Below are positions 40,953 through 49,380 of a DNA stretch of 64,000 bases, piece by piece (the stretch's first letter is position 1; each line of letters starts with the position of its first letter). Origin of the DNA: Flavobacteriales bacterium. Its GTDB lineage: Bacteria > Bacteroidota > Bacteroidia > Flavobacteriales > BACL11. Both the position numbers and the translations under genes were made by a program. The notes beneath the pieces were generated by a model. That model searched no databases, was not told the origin of the DNA, and worked only from the letters and a program-made list of their open reading frames with translations. Location of the stretch: positions 5,855 through 69,854 of the forward strand of contig JACNLP010000074.1 of assembly GCA_014381465.1 (NCBI GenBank), written 5' to 3'.

Positions 40953-41825
40953 ATGGCAAAAACAATACAAATCTATAAAAGCATTAAAATATTGCGAGAG
41001 CGTTATCTGAAAGTATCTCAAAATAAAGCATCTTTATTGCAATTAATTAGTGAAACGGAGGTTTCCGAGCATGTGTATAACTCGAATGCAATTGAGAACA
41101 GTACGCTTTCATTAGAAGAAACGGATAAAATTTTAATGCAAATTGACTTGGACAGATTTATATCAGAAAGAGAACTTTTTGAAACAAAAAATTTAGCAAG
41201 AGTTGTTACTTATATCAATTCAGCCGCAAAGGAAAGGGAGTTAGATTTTGATATGATATTGCGTTTGCATAAAATGTTACTTTCTAATATTAGAGATGAA
41301 ATTGCTGGTAGGTTTAGAAATGTTGATGAGTGGGTTAGGGTTGGCAATCATATAGCATTAGATCCTACTCAAATTGAGGAGGTCTTAGGAAATATGTTGA
41401 TTGATTATAAAGTAAATAATGAAGAAAACATAGTAAAAAGAATAGCAAAATTGCATTTAACTTTTGAGCAAATCCATCCCTTTGTAGATGGTAATGGAAG
41501 GATTGGTAGAATATTAAATAATTACCTTCTGATTAGAGAGTTTTATGTGCCTATTAATATAAAATTTATTGATAGAGCATCTTATTATAATGCATTTAAT
41601 GAGTTTAATACTAATGGGAAGACGGCTATTATGGAAGAAATTGTAGGAAAAGCCCTTTCTAATTCCTATCATAAGCGGCTTGCCTATTTAGAAGGAAAAA
41701 AGATTATTACTCTGAATGAATATTCAAAGCAAAATAATACTTCACATACTAACCTAATTAACAAAGCAAAACGCCAAACAATTGAAGCCTTTTTAGAAAA
41801 AGGTATCTGGAAAATTGGAATATAA
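40953..41825 (+). CDS. fic: Fic family protein (class II, intramolecular inhibitory helix)
   Basis: 290 aa. Fic motif HPFVDGNGRIGR. N-terminal SNAIEN matches the (S/T)xxxE(G/N) inhibitory motif. Confidence 0.9.
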   Translation: MAKTIQIYKSIKILRERYLKVSQNKASLLQLISETEVSEHVYNSNAIENSTLSLEETDKILMQIDLDRFISERELFETKNLARVVTYINSAAKERELDFDMILRLHKMLLSNIRDEIAGRFRNVDEWVRVGNHIALDPTQIEEVLGNMLIDYKVNNEENIVKRIAKLHLTFEQIHPFVDGNGRIGRILNNYLLIREFYVPINIKFIDRASYYNAFNEFNTNGKTAIMEEIVGKALSNSYHKRLAYLEGKKIITLNEYSKQNNTSHTNLINKAKRQTIEAFLEKGIWKIGI

Positions 41826-41834
41826 AATCGTTTT

Positions 41835-42060
41835 TTACTTAAACTGATAAGTAGTTTTATTCTTTTCTCCAGTTTTTTTAAGAATATGGGCCTTTACTGC
41901 ATCTCTTAAATCACGACTAGCAGTTGGTTTTAATTCTATTTTCTTTTCTTAAAACAGGACTAGGAACATTTAAATTAGTAACATTAATTTCTCCAATTTT
42001 TTCAGATATATTATTTACTAATTTAAGAATCTTAGTTGTTATTTCATAAGGTGGATTCAT
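41835..42060 (-). pseudogene. Fic-family pseudogene remnant (N-terminal Fic_N segment fused out of frame to C-terminal wHTH tail; catalytic core deleted)
   Basis: The ATG at 42060 gives MNPPYEITTKILKLVNNISEKIGEINVTNLNVPSPVLRKENRIKTNC then a stop at 41917. In the +1 frame, TASRDLRDAVKAHILKKTGEKNKTTYQFK runs to a stop at 41835-41837. No HPFxxGNGR region is present. Confidence 0.7.
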
Positions 42061-42086
42061 TTTATAATAGTATCATTTGATAGTAT

Positions 42087-42094
42087 CAAAAGTA
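42087..42094 (-). promoter_or_regulatory. -7 box TACTTTTG upstream of the Fic remnant
   Basis: Reverse complement of 42087-42094 is TACTTTTG, 27 nt upstream of the remnant ATG. Confidence 0.3.
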
Positions 42095-42163
42095 TGAAAA
42101 ATTATTTAACTTACTGTCTTCCTGAAAATTATTCAGGATATAAAAATAAAAATGATTAATTAA

Positions 42164-42580
42164 TTACTTCTCCCAAATCAATTTCTTACCAAAACCTAAG
42201 AGATTGTGTGTCATTTTGGCAAAAGTAAGTTGCATCTCCCAAAGATGAGTTTCCATCAACCTTGCATAAGGATAGGCTTTTAAATATTGTTTTGAAGCTT
42301 TCTTTAACGCTTCATTTTTTAATTCTACAATTTCTCCTAAAAGTTGTACGCCTTGTATTTTCCCTACAGCTTTTGTTTCTAAAGAGATACTCCCAGCAAC
42401 TTTAGGGTTTGCTATAAAATCTTGCGCATGTTTGGTTTTTGTATCAGAAGAAAAAAATAAAGAATTTGTTTCCTCATTAAAAACATAAAACGCATTACAG
42501 CAATATGGCACATTATCTTTAGTAGTTGCAAGCGTTAAAAGGTGATGTTCATTGATGAAGTCAACTATTTTTTTATCCAT
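42164..42580 (-). CDS. Pyridoxamine 5'-phosphate oxidase-like FMN-binding split-barrel protein
   Basis: 138 aa. HHLLTLATTKDNVPYCCNAFYVF pattern is typical of the PNPOx-like family. Confidence 0.7.
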   Translation of the reverse strand: MDKKIVDFINEHHLLTLATTKDNVPYCCNAFYVFNEETNSLFFSSDTKTKHAQDFIANPKVAGSISLETKAVGKIQGVQLLGEIVELKNEALKKASKQYLKAYPYARLMETHLWEMQLTFAKMTHNLLGFGKKLIWEK

Positions 42581-43548
42581 TAGTAACCTATATTTTTTCT
42601 TACTCTGCCTAAAACTTCTCTTGCTATAACTCTTGCTTTTTCAGCTCCTTTTTGCAACTGCTCTTCTATGATATTTTTGTTCTCCATAAGGTGGTTGAAC
42701 TTTTCTCTTTCAACTTTATATTTCTCACAAATCAATTCAAAAAGTTCTTGCTTGGCATGTCCGTAACCAAAATTTCCAGCTGCATATTTTGCTTTTAAGT
42801 CAGTAGTTTGCTTATCCGTTCCTAAAAGTTTAAAGAGTTTAAAAACACTACAATTCTCAGCATCTTTTGGTTCTTCCATTGGAGTAGAATCCGTTTTGAT
42901 TCCCATTATTTGTTTTCGGAGTTTTTTATCTGGAAGAAAAATATCAATAAAATTATTGTATGATTTACTCATTTTTTGTCCATCAGTTCCCGGTACAATC
43001 ATCACTCTTTCATCTACTTTTGTTTCAGGGATTACAAATGAGTTTGGGTATTTATGATTGAAGGCGCCAGCAATATCTCTTGTCATTTCCAAATGTTGCA
43101 TTTGATCTTTCCCAACTGGAACAACCTCAGCATCATACAACAAAATATCAGCTGCCATCAGCACAGGATAAGTAAAAAGTCCAGCATTTACATCTGATAA
43201 TTTAGTAGCTTTATCTTTAAAAGAATGTGCATTGGCAAGCATTGGGAAAGGTGTGAAGCAGTTTAAATACCAAGTAAGTTCAGTTACTTCTGTCACATCC
43301 GATTGACGATAAAACAGGTTCTTTTCAGTATCAAAACCAAAGGCAAGCCAAGCAGCAGCAGTGGCATAAGTATTTTCCTTCAATTTCTCAGCATCTCTTA
43401 TTGTTGTAAAGGAGTGCAAATCTGCAATAAAAAATAAACTTTCATTTTTTTCATCTTTAGAAAGTTCAATTGCTGGAATTATTGCTCCTAACAAATTCCC
43501 TAGATGAGGAGTTCCTGTACTTTGTATTCCTGTGAGTATTCTTGGCAT
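42580..43548 (-). CDS. trpS: Tryptophan--tRNA ligase
   Basis: 322 aa. GIQSTGTPHLGN (HIGH-type) and GQKMSKS motifs. Confidence 0.97.
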   Translation of the reverse strand: MPRILTGIQSTGTPHLGNLLGAIIPAIELSKDEKNESLFFIADLHSFTTIRDAEKLKENTYATAAAWLAFGFDTEKNLFYRQSDVTEVTELTWYLNCFTPFPMLANAHSFKDKATKLSDVNAGLFTYPVLMAADILLYDAEVVPVGKDQMQHLEMTRDIAGAFNHKYPNSFVIPETKVDERVMIVPGTDGQKMSKSYNNFIDIFLPDKKLRKQIMGIKTDSTPMEEPKDAENCSVFKLFKLLGTDKQTTDLKAKYAAGNFGYGHAKQELFELICEKYKVEREKFNHLMENKNIIEEQLQKGAEKARVIAREVLGRVRKNIGY

Positions 43549-43583
43549 TTATAAAAAATTTAATGCTGTAAAAATAGGATTTT

Positions 43584-43591
43584 TATCTTTG
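43584..43591 (+). promoter_or_regulatory. -7 box TATCTTTG upstream of plsC-like gene
   Basis: TAnnTTTG match ending 6 nt before the ATG at 43597. Confidence 0.45.
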
Positions 43592-43596
43592 CACCA

Positions 43597-44340
43597 ATGA
43601 AATGGATATGGTATCTTTTTAGCTCAATTTGGCGATTGTGGTTTTTGCTGATGTTTTTTAGTGTTTTTTTAATTTTTATTCCAGCACTTTTTTTCTTTAC
43701 TTCCATCTGTCAAAATAATAAAACAGTTTGCCATCTAACTCGATATTGGTCAAAACTAACTCTTTATTTATCTTTTATTTTTCCAAAAGTAGAGTGGGAA
43801 GAAAAACTGACTAAAAATGAACATTATATTTTTTGCCCTAACCATGTTTCTACATTAGACATCCCTCTTATTCTGGCGATATTACCAATCCCTTTACAAT
43901 TTATGGGGAAAGCTGAGATTGCTAGTATTCCAATTTTTGGATGGTTATATAAAAATAATTCTGTAATTGTAGATAGAAGTAAAATAAAAGATTCTTATTA
44001 TGCTTTTAAAAAAGCGGAAGAAAAATTAGAACAGGGGCTTAGTATGTGTATTTTCCCAGAAGGGGGAATTCCATCAGAAAAAATATTCTTGAAAAAATTT
44101 AAGAATGGGCCTTTCCGATTAGCCATTGAGCAAAACATTAAAATTGTACCGATAACATTAGCCGATAACAAAACTTATTTCCCACAAGAATATTTTAAAG
44201 GAAGACCTGGAATTGTAAGAGTGAAGATTCATAAAGCAATAAATCCAGCAACTTTTGAGGAAAAAACCATTGAAAATTTGAATACTACCGTTTACAATAC
44301 TATTTTTGAGCAATTGAAAAGATATGAAAATAACGGATAA
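43597..44340 (+). CDS. plsC: 1-acyl-sn-glycerol-3-phosphate acyltransferase family protein
   Basis: 247 aa. NHVSTLD (HxxxxD) and FPEGG motifs. Confidence 0.88.
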   Translation: MKWIWYLFSSIWRLWFLLMFFSVFLIFIPALFFFTSICQNNKTVCHLTRYWSKLTLYLSFIFPKVEWEEKLTKNEHYIFCPNHVSTLDIPLILAILPIPLQFMGKAEIASIPIFGWLYKNNSVIVDRSKIKDSYYAFKKAEEKLEQGLSMCIFPEGGIPSEKIFLKKFKNGPFRLAIEQNIKIVPITLADNKTYFPQEYFKGRPGIVRVKIHKAINPATFEEKTIENLNTTVYNTIFEQLKRYENNG

Positions 44341-44614
44341 ACTAATAAAAGAAATCTCTGCTTTAGCCAAGCTAGAATTTGACGAAAAATCAGCTGAACT
44401 AATGAAAGCAGATTTAGAGAAAATCATAGGTTTTGTAGATAAACTAAGTGAGATTGATACAGAGGGGGTTGAGCCACTTATTTATTTAAATGAGGAGGTT
44501 AATATATTAAGAGAGGATAAAATAAAGGCAGTAATTACTCAGCTAGATGCCCTAAAAAATGCTCCACAAAAAGATTCTGATTATTTTAAGGTACCAACTG
44601 TTCTTAAAAAATAG
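44324..44614 (+). CDS. gatC: Asp-tRNA(Asn)/Glu-tRNA(Gln) amidotransferase subunit C
   Basis: 96 aa. ISALAKLEFDEKSAELMKADLEKIIGFVDKL is a typical GatC helix. Confidence 0.9.
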   Translation: MKITDKLIKEISALAKLEFDEKSAELMKADLEKIIGFVDKLSEIDTEGVEPLIYLNEEVNILREDKIKAVITQLDALKNAPQKDSDYFKVPTVLKK

Positions 44615-44669
44615 TAATTAGAATCTAGATCGAACAACTGCTATTCCTAGTTTAAATACTCATATCTGA

Positions 44670-46136
44670 TTATAGCTTAAACCAGCTTTCTGCCCTTTCT
44701 TTATTCTTTTCTGAGAATGACGTATCCTTGTACAAAAACTCATTTGTTTTTTTATTATAAAAGTAATCTTTCGCCCAATCTTTATGGTTTTCTGCTAATT
44801 CTTCAATTGCATTCATAATAAAATGCACTTCCTCATCAGTCATTGTAGGATGAATAGACATTCGTACCCAGCCGGGTTTTAAAGTTAAATCACCACTATC
44901 AATACGATCTGTTATATTATGAGAAAAATCCATATCCACATTTAGTAAAATATGTCCATAAGTCCCTGCACAAGAGCAACCTCCCCTTACTTGAATTCCA
45001 AATCTGTCATTTAAAAGCTGTACCGCAAGGTTAAAATGACAATCATCAATATAAAAAGAATACACGCCTAATCTTTCAGGGAAGTTATCTGCAAGAATTG
45101 TTACATTATCTAAATTAGATAATTTTCTCCAAATAATTTGATGCAATTCATGTTCTCTATCTAAAATGTTTTTTACACCCATTTGGGCTTTTAATTGAAA
45201 ACAAAGTGCCGTTTTTATAGTTTGCAAAAAAGCTGGCGTTCCACCATCCTCTCTTTCCTGAATGTCTTCCACATACTTATGTCCTCCCCAAGGGTTTGTC
45301 CAATCAACTGTTCCTCCACCAGGGCTATCAGGCACTTTATTGGTATATAATTTTTTATCAAAAACAAGGATTCCTGTAGCTCCAGGCCCTCCCAAGAATT
45401 TGTGTGGAGAAAAATAAATTGCATCTAATTTTTGCATAGGATTTTTTGGATGCATATCAATATCGATATAAGGAGCTGAACAAGCAAAATCTACAAAACA
45501 GAGCCCATTATTTTGATGCATTATTTCTGCAATTTCATAATAAGGAGTAAAAACTCCAGTAACATTGGAGCAAGAAGTAACAGCAGCAATTTTTAGGTTT
45601 CTATCTTTATAGTTTTCAAGTAAAACTTTAAACTTTTCTAAATCAACTCCCCCATTTCTTGTATGAGGAATTAATTTTACTTCCGCAATTGTTTCAATCC
45701 ATGAGGTTTGATTAGAGTGATGTTCCATGTGCGTAACAAAAACAATTGGTCTGTTTTTTATCTTTATTTTATCTTGATATTTTTCATGAACTTTAAGTCC
45801 AAGAATTCTTTGAAATTTACTCACAAGCATAGTCATTCCTGCCCCAGCCGAAATAATTATATCATCCTTATTTGCACCAACATGTTTTTTTATCAAATTT
45901 AAAGCCTTATGAAAAGCCAAACTCATTGTTGCTCCAGTTATTGAAGTTTCTGTATGGGTATTTCCTACAAAAGGAAAAATTTCAGTTCTTAATTTTTCTT
46001 CAATTGGAGTGTAAATTCTTCCACTTGCAATCCAATCAGCATAAATTATTTTCTGTTCTCCAAAAGGAGATTGGAAAGTTTGGTTTCTTCCAATTGTATT
46101 CTCCCTAAAAGGTTCAAAATATTTTTCTAAATTCAT
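44670..46136 (-). CDS. PLP-dependent class V aminotransferase-fold enzyme (cysteine desulfurase/lyase-like)
   Basis: 488 aa. SPHKFLGGPG PLP-lysine motif and a CSCAG segment near the C-terminus. Confidence 0.75.
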   Translation of the reverse strand: MNLEKYFEPFRENTIGRNQTFQSPFGEQKIIYADWIASGRIYTPIEEKLRTEIFPFVGNTHTETSITGATMSLAFHKALNLIKKHVGANKDDIIISAGAGMTMLVSKFQRILGLKVHEKYQDKIKIKNRPIVFVTHMEHHSNQTSWIETIAEVKLIPHTRNGGVDLEKFKVLLENYKDRNLKIAAVTSCSNVTGVFTPYYEIAEIMHQNNGLCFVDFACSAPYIDIDMHPKNPMQKLDAIYFSPHKFLGGPGATGILVFDKKLYTNKVPDSPGGGTVDWTNPWGGHKYVEDIQEREDGGTPAFLQTIKTALCFQLKAQMGVKNILDREHELHQIIWRKLSNLDNVTILADNFPERLGVYSFYIDDCHFNLAVQLLNDRFGIQVRGGCSCAGTYGHILLNVDMDFSHNITDRIDSGDLTLKPGWVRMSIHPTMTDEEVHFIMNAIEELAENHKDWAKDYFYNKKTNEFLYKDTSFSEKNKERAESWFKL

Positions 46137-46197
46137 TTTTGTACAATAAAATTATTGCAAACTTACGGTATTGTTTCAAATTTTTTACAATAACAAT

Positions 46198-46731
46198 TTA
46201 ATAATAAGGCGCCATAAATACATAAACCAAAACACCTGTAATTGCTACATACATCCAAATAGGAAATGTATATTTTACTATTTTTTTATGTTTTTTGATT
46301 TCGCCAGTCATACCTCTATAAATAGAAAATAAAGCCAAAGGTAAAACAGGAATCGATAGTAAAATGTGAGAAATCAGAATAAAACGATAAGTAATTACAT
46401 ATTCTCCTAAATATTTTGTGTTTTCATGATCGAGAACTAGTTTTGAAAAAACATAAGATAGTAAAAATATAGCCGATAAGACAAAAGCGGATAGCATTGT
46501 GGTTTTATGCAAATTTGTTTTTTTATTTTTTATCAAGATAAAGCCCGTAAATAATAATACAGCTGTTGAAGCATTTAAGATTGCATGAAAAAATGGCAAG
46601 GAACTAAAGTCATAATTATCTGATTCTATATAAAAAATATCAGGAAACCACATTAAAAGTGCTACTGCAATTGGGGTAACTATAGATACAGAAATAATTA
46701 CGGGTATAACTATTGAATCTTTCTTTTTCAT
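46198..46731 (-). CDS. DUF420 (CtaM-like) membrane protein
   Basis: 177 aa with 4-5 TM helices. Immediately downstream of the heme O synthase gene. Confidence 0.7.
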   Translation of the reverse strand: MKKKDSIVIPVIISVSIVTPIAVALLMWFPDIFYIESDNYDFSSLPFFHAILNASTAVLLFTGFILIKNKKTNLHKTTMLSAFVLSAIFLLSYVFSKLVLDHENTKYLGEYVITYRFILISHILLSIPVLPLALFSIYRGMTGEIKKHKKIVKYTFPIWMYVAITGVLVYVFMAPYY

Positions 46732-46733
46732 AT

Positions 46734-47603
46734 TTATTGAATTAAAATTTTATCTAATATATATATAATTTGCATTAGTGGTAAATACGCAAAAGATGCC
46801 AACATCACATTTCTGGCAGTGGTATCATCACATTTATTATATAATTTTATTGATTTAAAAGTAAACCAAGTCCCTAATAAGAAAATAAGAGCTGCCCCAT
46901 AAACAGAGAGCTGTAATTCGGTAATTTTCCAGAAATAAGGAATAACTGAAACTACCAACATTAATACAGATGTCAAAACAGAAATAAGTGCTGCATATTT
47001 TCCTTTTTTTGCTCCAAACATCATCTTAAATCCCGCCTTTTTATATTCCTTATCTTGCACCCAAGCAATAGCAATAAAGTGTGGGAATTGCCAAAAAAAT
47101 TGAATTGCAAAAAGCAAACCTGCAACCATACCAAAATCATTAGTAGCAGCTACCCAACCTAGTAAAAAAGGAATAGCCCCAGGAATAGCCCCTACAAAAA
47201 TTGATATAGGAGAAATTCTCTTTAAAGGAGTGTATGCAAATACATAAAGTAATATAGAAAGTAATCCGAAAAAACTACATTGAGGATTAATTACAAATAA
47301 AAATTCTAAACCAATTATACCAATTTGCACTGCAAAAATTAAGGAATTCGAAATGCTTAGGTTTTTCTGTGGCAAAGGACGGTTAGCGGTTCTTTTCATC
47401 AAGGAATCATACTCTTTTTCCAAAATTTGATTAAAGGCATTTGCCGAGCCCGTAACTAAAAATCCGCCTAAAATAAGTAAAGTAAGTTCTAGCAATGAAA
47501 AATTATCAACTCCTAACAAATACCCAATTACTGCCGAAAAAACTACTGTAGTAGATAGCCTAAATTTTATTAATTGAGCATAATATTGTACTGTATTCTT
47601 CAC
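46734..47603 (-). CDS. cyoE: Protoheme IX farnesyltransferase (heme O synthase)
   Basis: 289 aa polytopic UbiA-family protein. NQILEKEYDSLMKRTANRPLP motif. Confidence 0.92.
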   Translation of the reverse strand: MKNTVQYYAQLIKFRLSTTVVFSAVIGYLLGVDNFSLLELTLLILGGFLVTGSANAFNQILEKEYDSLMKRTANRPLPQKNLSISNSLIFAVQIGIIGLEFLFVINPQCSFFGLLSILLYVFAYTPLKRISPISIFVGAIPGAIPFLLGWVAATNDFGMVAGLLFAIQFFWQFPHFIAIAWVQDKEYKKAGFKMMFGAKKGKYAALISVLTSVLMLVVSVIPYFWKITELQLSVYGAALIFLLGTWFTFKSIKLYNKCDDTTARNVMLASFAYLPLMQIIYILDKILIQ

Positions 47604-47681
47604 AAATTATTTTTTTGCGAAAGTATATAATTGTTAGCTTTTTTAATGATAAATATCATATTTTGTAAAAATTAACATCTT

Positions 47682-47689
47682 TATTTTTG
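47682..47689 (+). promoter_or_regulatory. -7 box TATTTTTG upstream of the Crp/Fnr gene
   Basis: TAnnTTTG match 21 nt upstream of the ATG at 47710. Confidence 0.4.
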
Positions 47690-47709
47690 TTGTTATAAAG
47701 CATAATTAA

Positions 47710-48432
47710 ATGATATCTAAAAATTGTATTTCAGAAAAGGACGGTTGTGTGAATTGCCTAAAGAAACGCTTCTCATTATTAAACAAATTATCAGAAGCTG
47801 AACTTCAAATTTTAAACTCAAATCGAAAATCTTATAATATAAAAAGAGGTAAGTCCATTTATAATATCGGTGAAAAGCCGAAAGGATTGATTTGCTTAAG
47901 TCAGGGGCAAGCAAAGATATCGGTGGGAGATGAATTTGGAAATTTACAGATAGTCAGCTTAAAAAAGAAAGTAGATTTTTTAGGGTTTCATGAGCTAATG
48001 AGTAAGTCGAATTACAGCACTACTGCTACAGCAATTAATGATGTAGATATTTGTATAATTGATAAAAAAGATTTTTTCTCGGTAGTAACGCATAATAATG
48101 ATTTCTCAATGAAAATTATTAAACAATTGGCCAAAGACTTGCAAAATACTGAGAAACGGACAATAAAACTCACGCAAAAACACATGCGTTCGCGCCTTGC
48201 CGAAACCATTTTAGAACTAGTAGAAATTTATGGCTTTGTGAAAAATGAAAAAGGACTCATAAATGTGGAATTAAAAAGAAAAGAATTTGCAAATATATCG
48301 AATATGACAACCGCCAATGCAATACGAACAATGTCCGCATTTGTAAAAGAAGGGATAATTAAAACAGAAAGGCGGAAAGTATGGATATTAGATTCTATTG
48401 GTTTGAAAAAAATTCAAGAAGAAAAAAATTAG
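47710..48432 (+). CDS. Crp/Fnr family transcriptional regulator with FNR-like cysteines
   Basis: 240 aa. cNMP-binding beta-roll and a C-terminal HTH (ISNMTTANAIRTMSAFVKEG). Cys6, Cys13 and Cys16 are N-terminal, and Cys115 lies in VDICIID. Confidence 0.85.
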   Translation: MISKNCISEKDGCVNCLKKRFSLLNKLSEAELQILNSNRKSYNIKRGKSIYNIGEKPKGLICLSQGQAKISVGDEFGNLQIVSLKKKVDFLGFHELMSKSNYSTTATAINDVDICIIDKKDFFSVVTHNNDFSMKIIKQLAKDLQNTEKRTIKLTQKHMRSRLAETILELVEIYGFVKNEKGLINVELKRKEFANISNMTTANAIRTMSAFVKEGIIKTERRKVWILDSIGLKKIQEEKN

Positions 48433-48845
48433 CAAATTTGCTCGAAACAATCTTTAATATTCTCAGCAATCATTTCAGCTGATCTTCCCTCAATATGATG
48501 ACGCTCGATAAAGTGAACTAATTTTCCTTCTTTAAACACGGCAATTGAAGGAGAAGATGGAGGAAATGGAGCCATATATTCTCTTGCTTTAGCAACTGCA
48601 CCTATATCTTGCCCAGCAAAAACAGTAGCAAAAGTATCAACTTTCTTATCAAATTGAGTTGTCATTTTTACAGCTGGCCTTGCATTTCCTGCCGCACAAC
48701 CACATACTGAATTCACCATTATTAAAACAGTTCCTTCTTTTTTATCTAATAATTCTGATACTGCTTCAGGAGTTTTTAACTCAACAAAACCTGCTGATGT
48801 TAAATCGGCACGCATAGGTGCACACATTGCTTCTGGATAATTCAT
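48429..48845 (-). CDS. Bacilliredoxin (BrxA/BrxB, DUF1094) family protein
   Basis: 138 aa. VNSVCGCAAGNARP active-site motif. Confidence 0.8.
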   Translation of the reverse strand: MNYPEAMCAPMRADLTSAGFVELKTPEAVSELLDKKEGTVLIMVNSVCGCAAGNARPAVKMTTQFDKKVDTFATVFAGQDIGAVAKAREYMAPFPPSSPSIAVFKEGKLVHFIERHHIEGRSAEMIAENIKDCFEQIC

Positions 48846-48881
48846 AATTTTATATTTTTAGTAGCGCAAAAATACGCTTAT

Positions 48882-49328
48882 TTATCTTTTGGCTTTGAAA
48901 AAATCTGTTAATAATTTTGAGCATTCTTCTTTCATTAATCCACTTTCAACAACTGTTTTAGGATGTAGAATATTCTCAGTTAGTGTTGAAAATCCTCTTT
49001 TATCATCAGCAGCACCAAAAACTACTTTTTTTAGTTGGGTCCAATAAGATGCTCCCCCACACATAACACAAGGCTCAAGTGTAACATAAAGTGTGCATTC
49101 ATTTAAATATTTTCCTCCTAAATAATCAGAAGCAGCCGTAAAAGCTTGCATTTCGGCATGTGCTGTTACATCATTTAAGGTTTCTGTAAAATTATGAGCT
49201 CGGGCAATAATCTGATTATCACAAACAATAACCGCCCCAACTGGGACTTCATTTTTATCTAATGCCTTATGTGCCTCTTTCAAGGCTTCTTTCATAAAAT
49301 AAACATCATCAAAAGGATTTATTTCCAT
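48882..49328 (-). CDS. tadA: tRNA adenosine(34) deaminase
   Basis: 148 aa. HAEMQA and PCVMCGGA zinc motifs. Confidence 0.95.
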   Translation of the reverse strand: MEINPFDDVYFMKEALKEAHKALDKNEVPVGAVIVCDNQIIARAHNFTETLNDVTAHAEMQAFTAASDYLGGKYLNECTLYVTLEPCVMCGGASYWTQLKKVVFGAADDKRGFSTLTENILHPKTVVESGLMKEECSKLLTDFFKAKR

Positions 49329-49354
49329 TGTGCGAAATTACAAAACTAATGTAT

Positions 49355-49362
49355 TAAATTTG
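49355..49362 (+). promoter_or_regulatory. -7 box TAAATTTG upstream of aspS
   Basis: TAnnTTTG match 19 nt upstream of the ATG at 49381. It lies inside the track ORF's GTG-initiated extension. Confidence 0.4.
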
Positions 49363-49380
49363 CAGCAAATATTTTTAAAA

